Positions 63,216-64,000 of a stretch of 64,000 nt of DNA are shown here, in pieces. The stretch is taken from positions 21,390,001 to 21,454,000 of the forward strand of contig OY740818.1 in the NCBI GenBank assembly GCA_963514005.1. Reading direction: 5' to 3'. How positions within the stretch are numbered: the first letter of the stretch is position 1; each line of letters starts with the position of its first letter. A program made the translations under genes and the position numbers. This DNA is from Raja brachyura (lineage: Eukaryota). The notes beneath the pieces were generated by a model. That model was not told the origin of the DNA. It worked only from the letters and a program-made list of their open reading frames with translations, and did not search any database.

Positions 63216-63632
63216 AAAACTGGCGATGCTCTACATGAGATGAGAGCATCTACCATTTTACAGTCTGGTTTATGTGACTCCAGATATACAATATTACGGC
63301 TGGCCTTTAACTGTCTCTTAAGTGACCCAGCAAGTCACAGAATGATGTTACTGCAACAGTTCAAGAGTGTGGCTCTCCGTCATCTTCTCGAAGGCAATTA
63401 GATACTAGCACCTTTGCTGGCCTTGTCAGCAATGGCCATATCTTTGTTCTGATCTCACAAGAGCTTTGTGTGGGGTTGGTGAAATCAGTTACACACAAAA
63501 AGAAAATACAATCTTAAGAATCATCCTGGCTCATTGATAACAAAACTGTAACTGCAGTATTGAAGTAAGAGGGATTTTGGGGTCCATAACTCCCTGAAAG
63601 TGGCAACACAAGTAGATAGAGTGGCAAGGAAC

Positions 63633-63855
63633 TGTTTAAGAAGGAACTGCAGATGCTGGAAAATCGAAGGTAGACAAAAATGCTGGAGAAACTCAGCGGG
63701 TGAGGCAGCACCTATGGAGCGAAGGAAATAGGCAATGTTTCGGGCCGAAACCCTTCTTCAGTCTGAACTGGGTTTCGAGCTGAAACGTTGCCTATTTCCT
63801 TCGCTCCATAGATGTTGCCTCACCCGCAGAGTTTCTCCAGCATTTTTGTCTACCA
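63633..63855. mobile_element. Penelope-derived palindromic element
   Basis: ggtagacaaaaatgctggagaaactc...ggcaatgtttc / gaaacgttgcc...gagtttctccagcatttttgtctacc. Confidence 0.85.
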
Positions 63856-64000
63856 CCAGATGGTATGCCTGCTTAAGACATTGAGTATAAGAGTCAGGAA
63901 GTCATGATGCACATTTATAGGACTTTGATTTGGTCGCATTTCGAACATTCCGTGCAATTCTGGTCAACCCAATGTAGGAAGGATGCAGAGGCGTTGGAAA

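Overview
Vertebrate genomic DNA, most likely a cartilaginous fish (skate/ray-type repeat set: HE1/V-SINEs, CR1-clade LINE 3' ends, Penelope-derived elements, MITEs). The whole window lies inside a KCNMA1 (Slo1, BK channel alpha subunit) gene on the minus strand. Five constitutive exons (62254-62186, 51677-51591, 44793-44717, 5155-5062, 1554-1431) have GT-AG ends and matching phases. They splice to (E)[150 protein letters not shown] (end of RCK1 and the RCK1-RCK2 linker). Two known cassette exons are present: the 9-nt IYF microexon and the 174-nt STREX exon with a near-perfect CaRRE1 element. Main leads: a candidate in-frame 159-nt cassette exon at the SRKR splice position, a second in-frame STREX donor adding 25 aa with another di-cysteine, an 80-bp minisatellite that reads as a YCAY array with repeated 3' splice sites on the pre-mRNA strand, and many Penelope-type minimal hammerhead ribozyme motifs. 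Almost all ORFs in the supplied track are spurious. Family names and cross-species comparisons are from recall, not database searches, and repeat boundaries are approximate.
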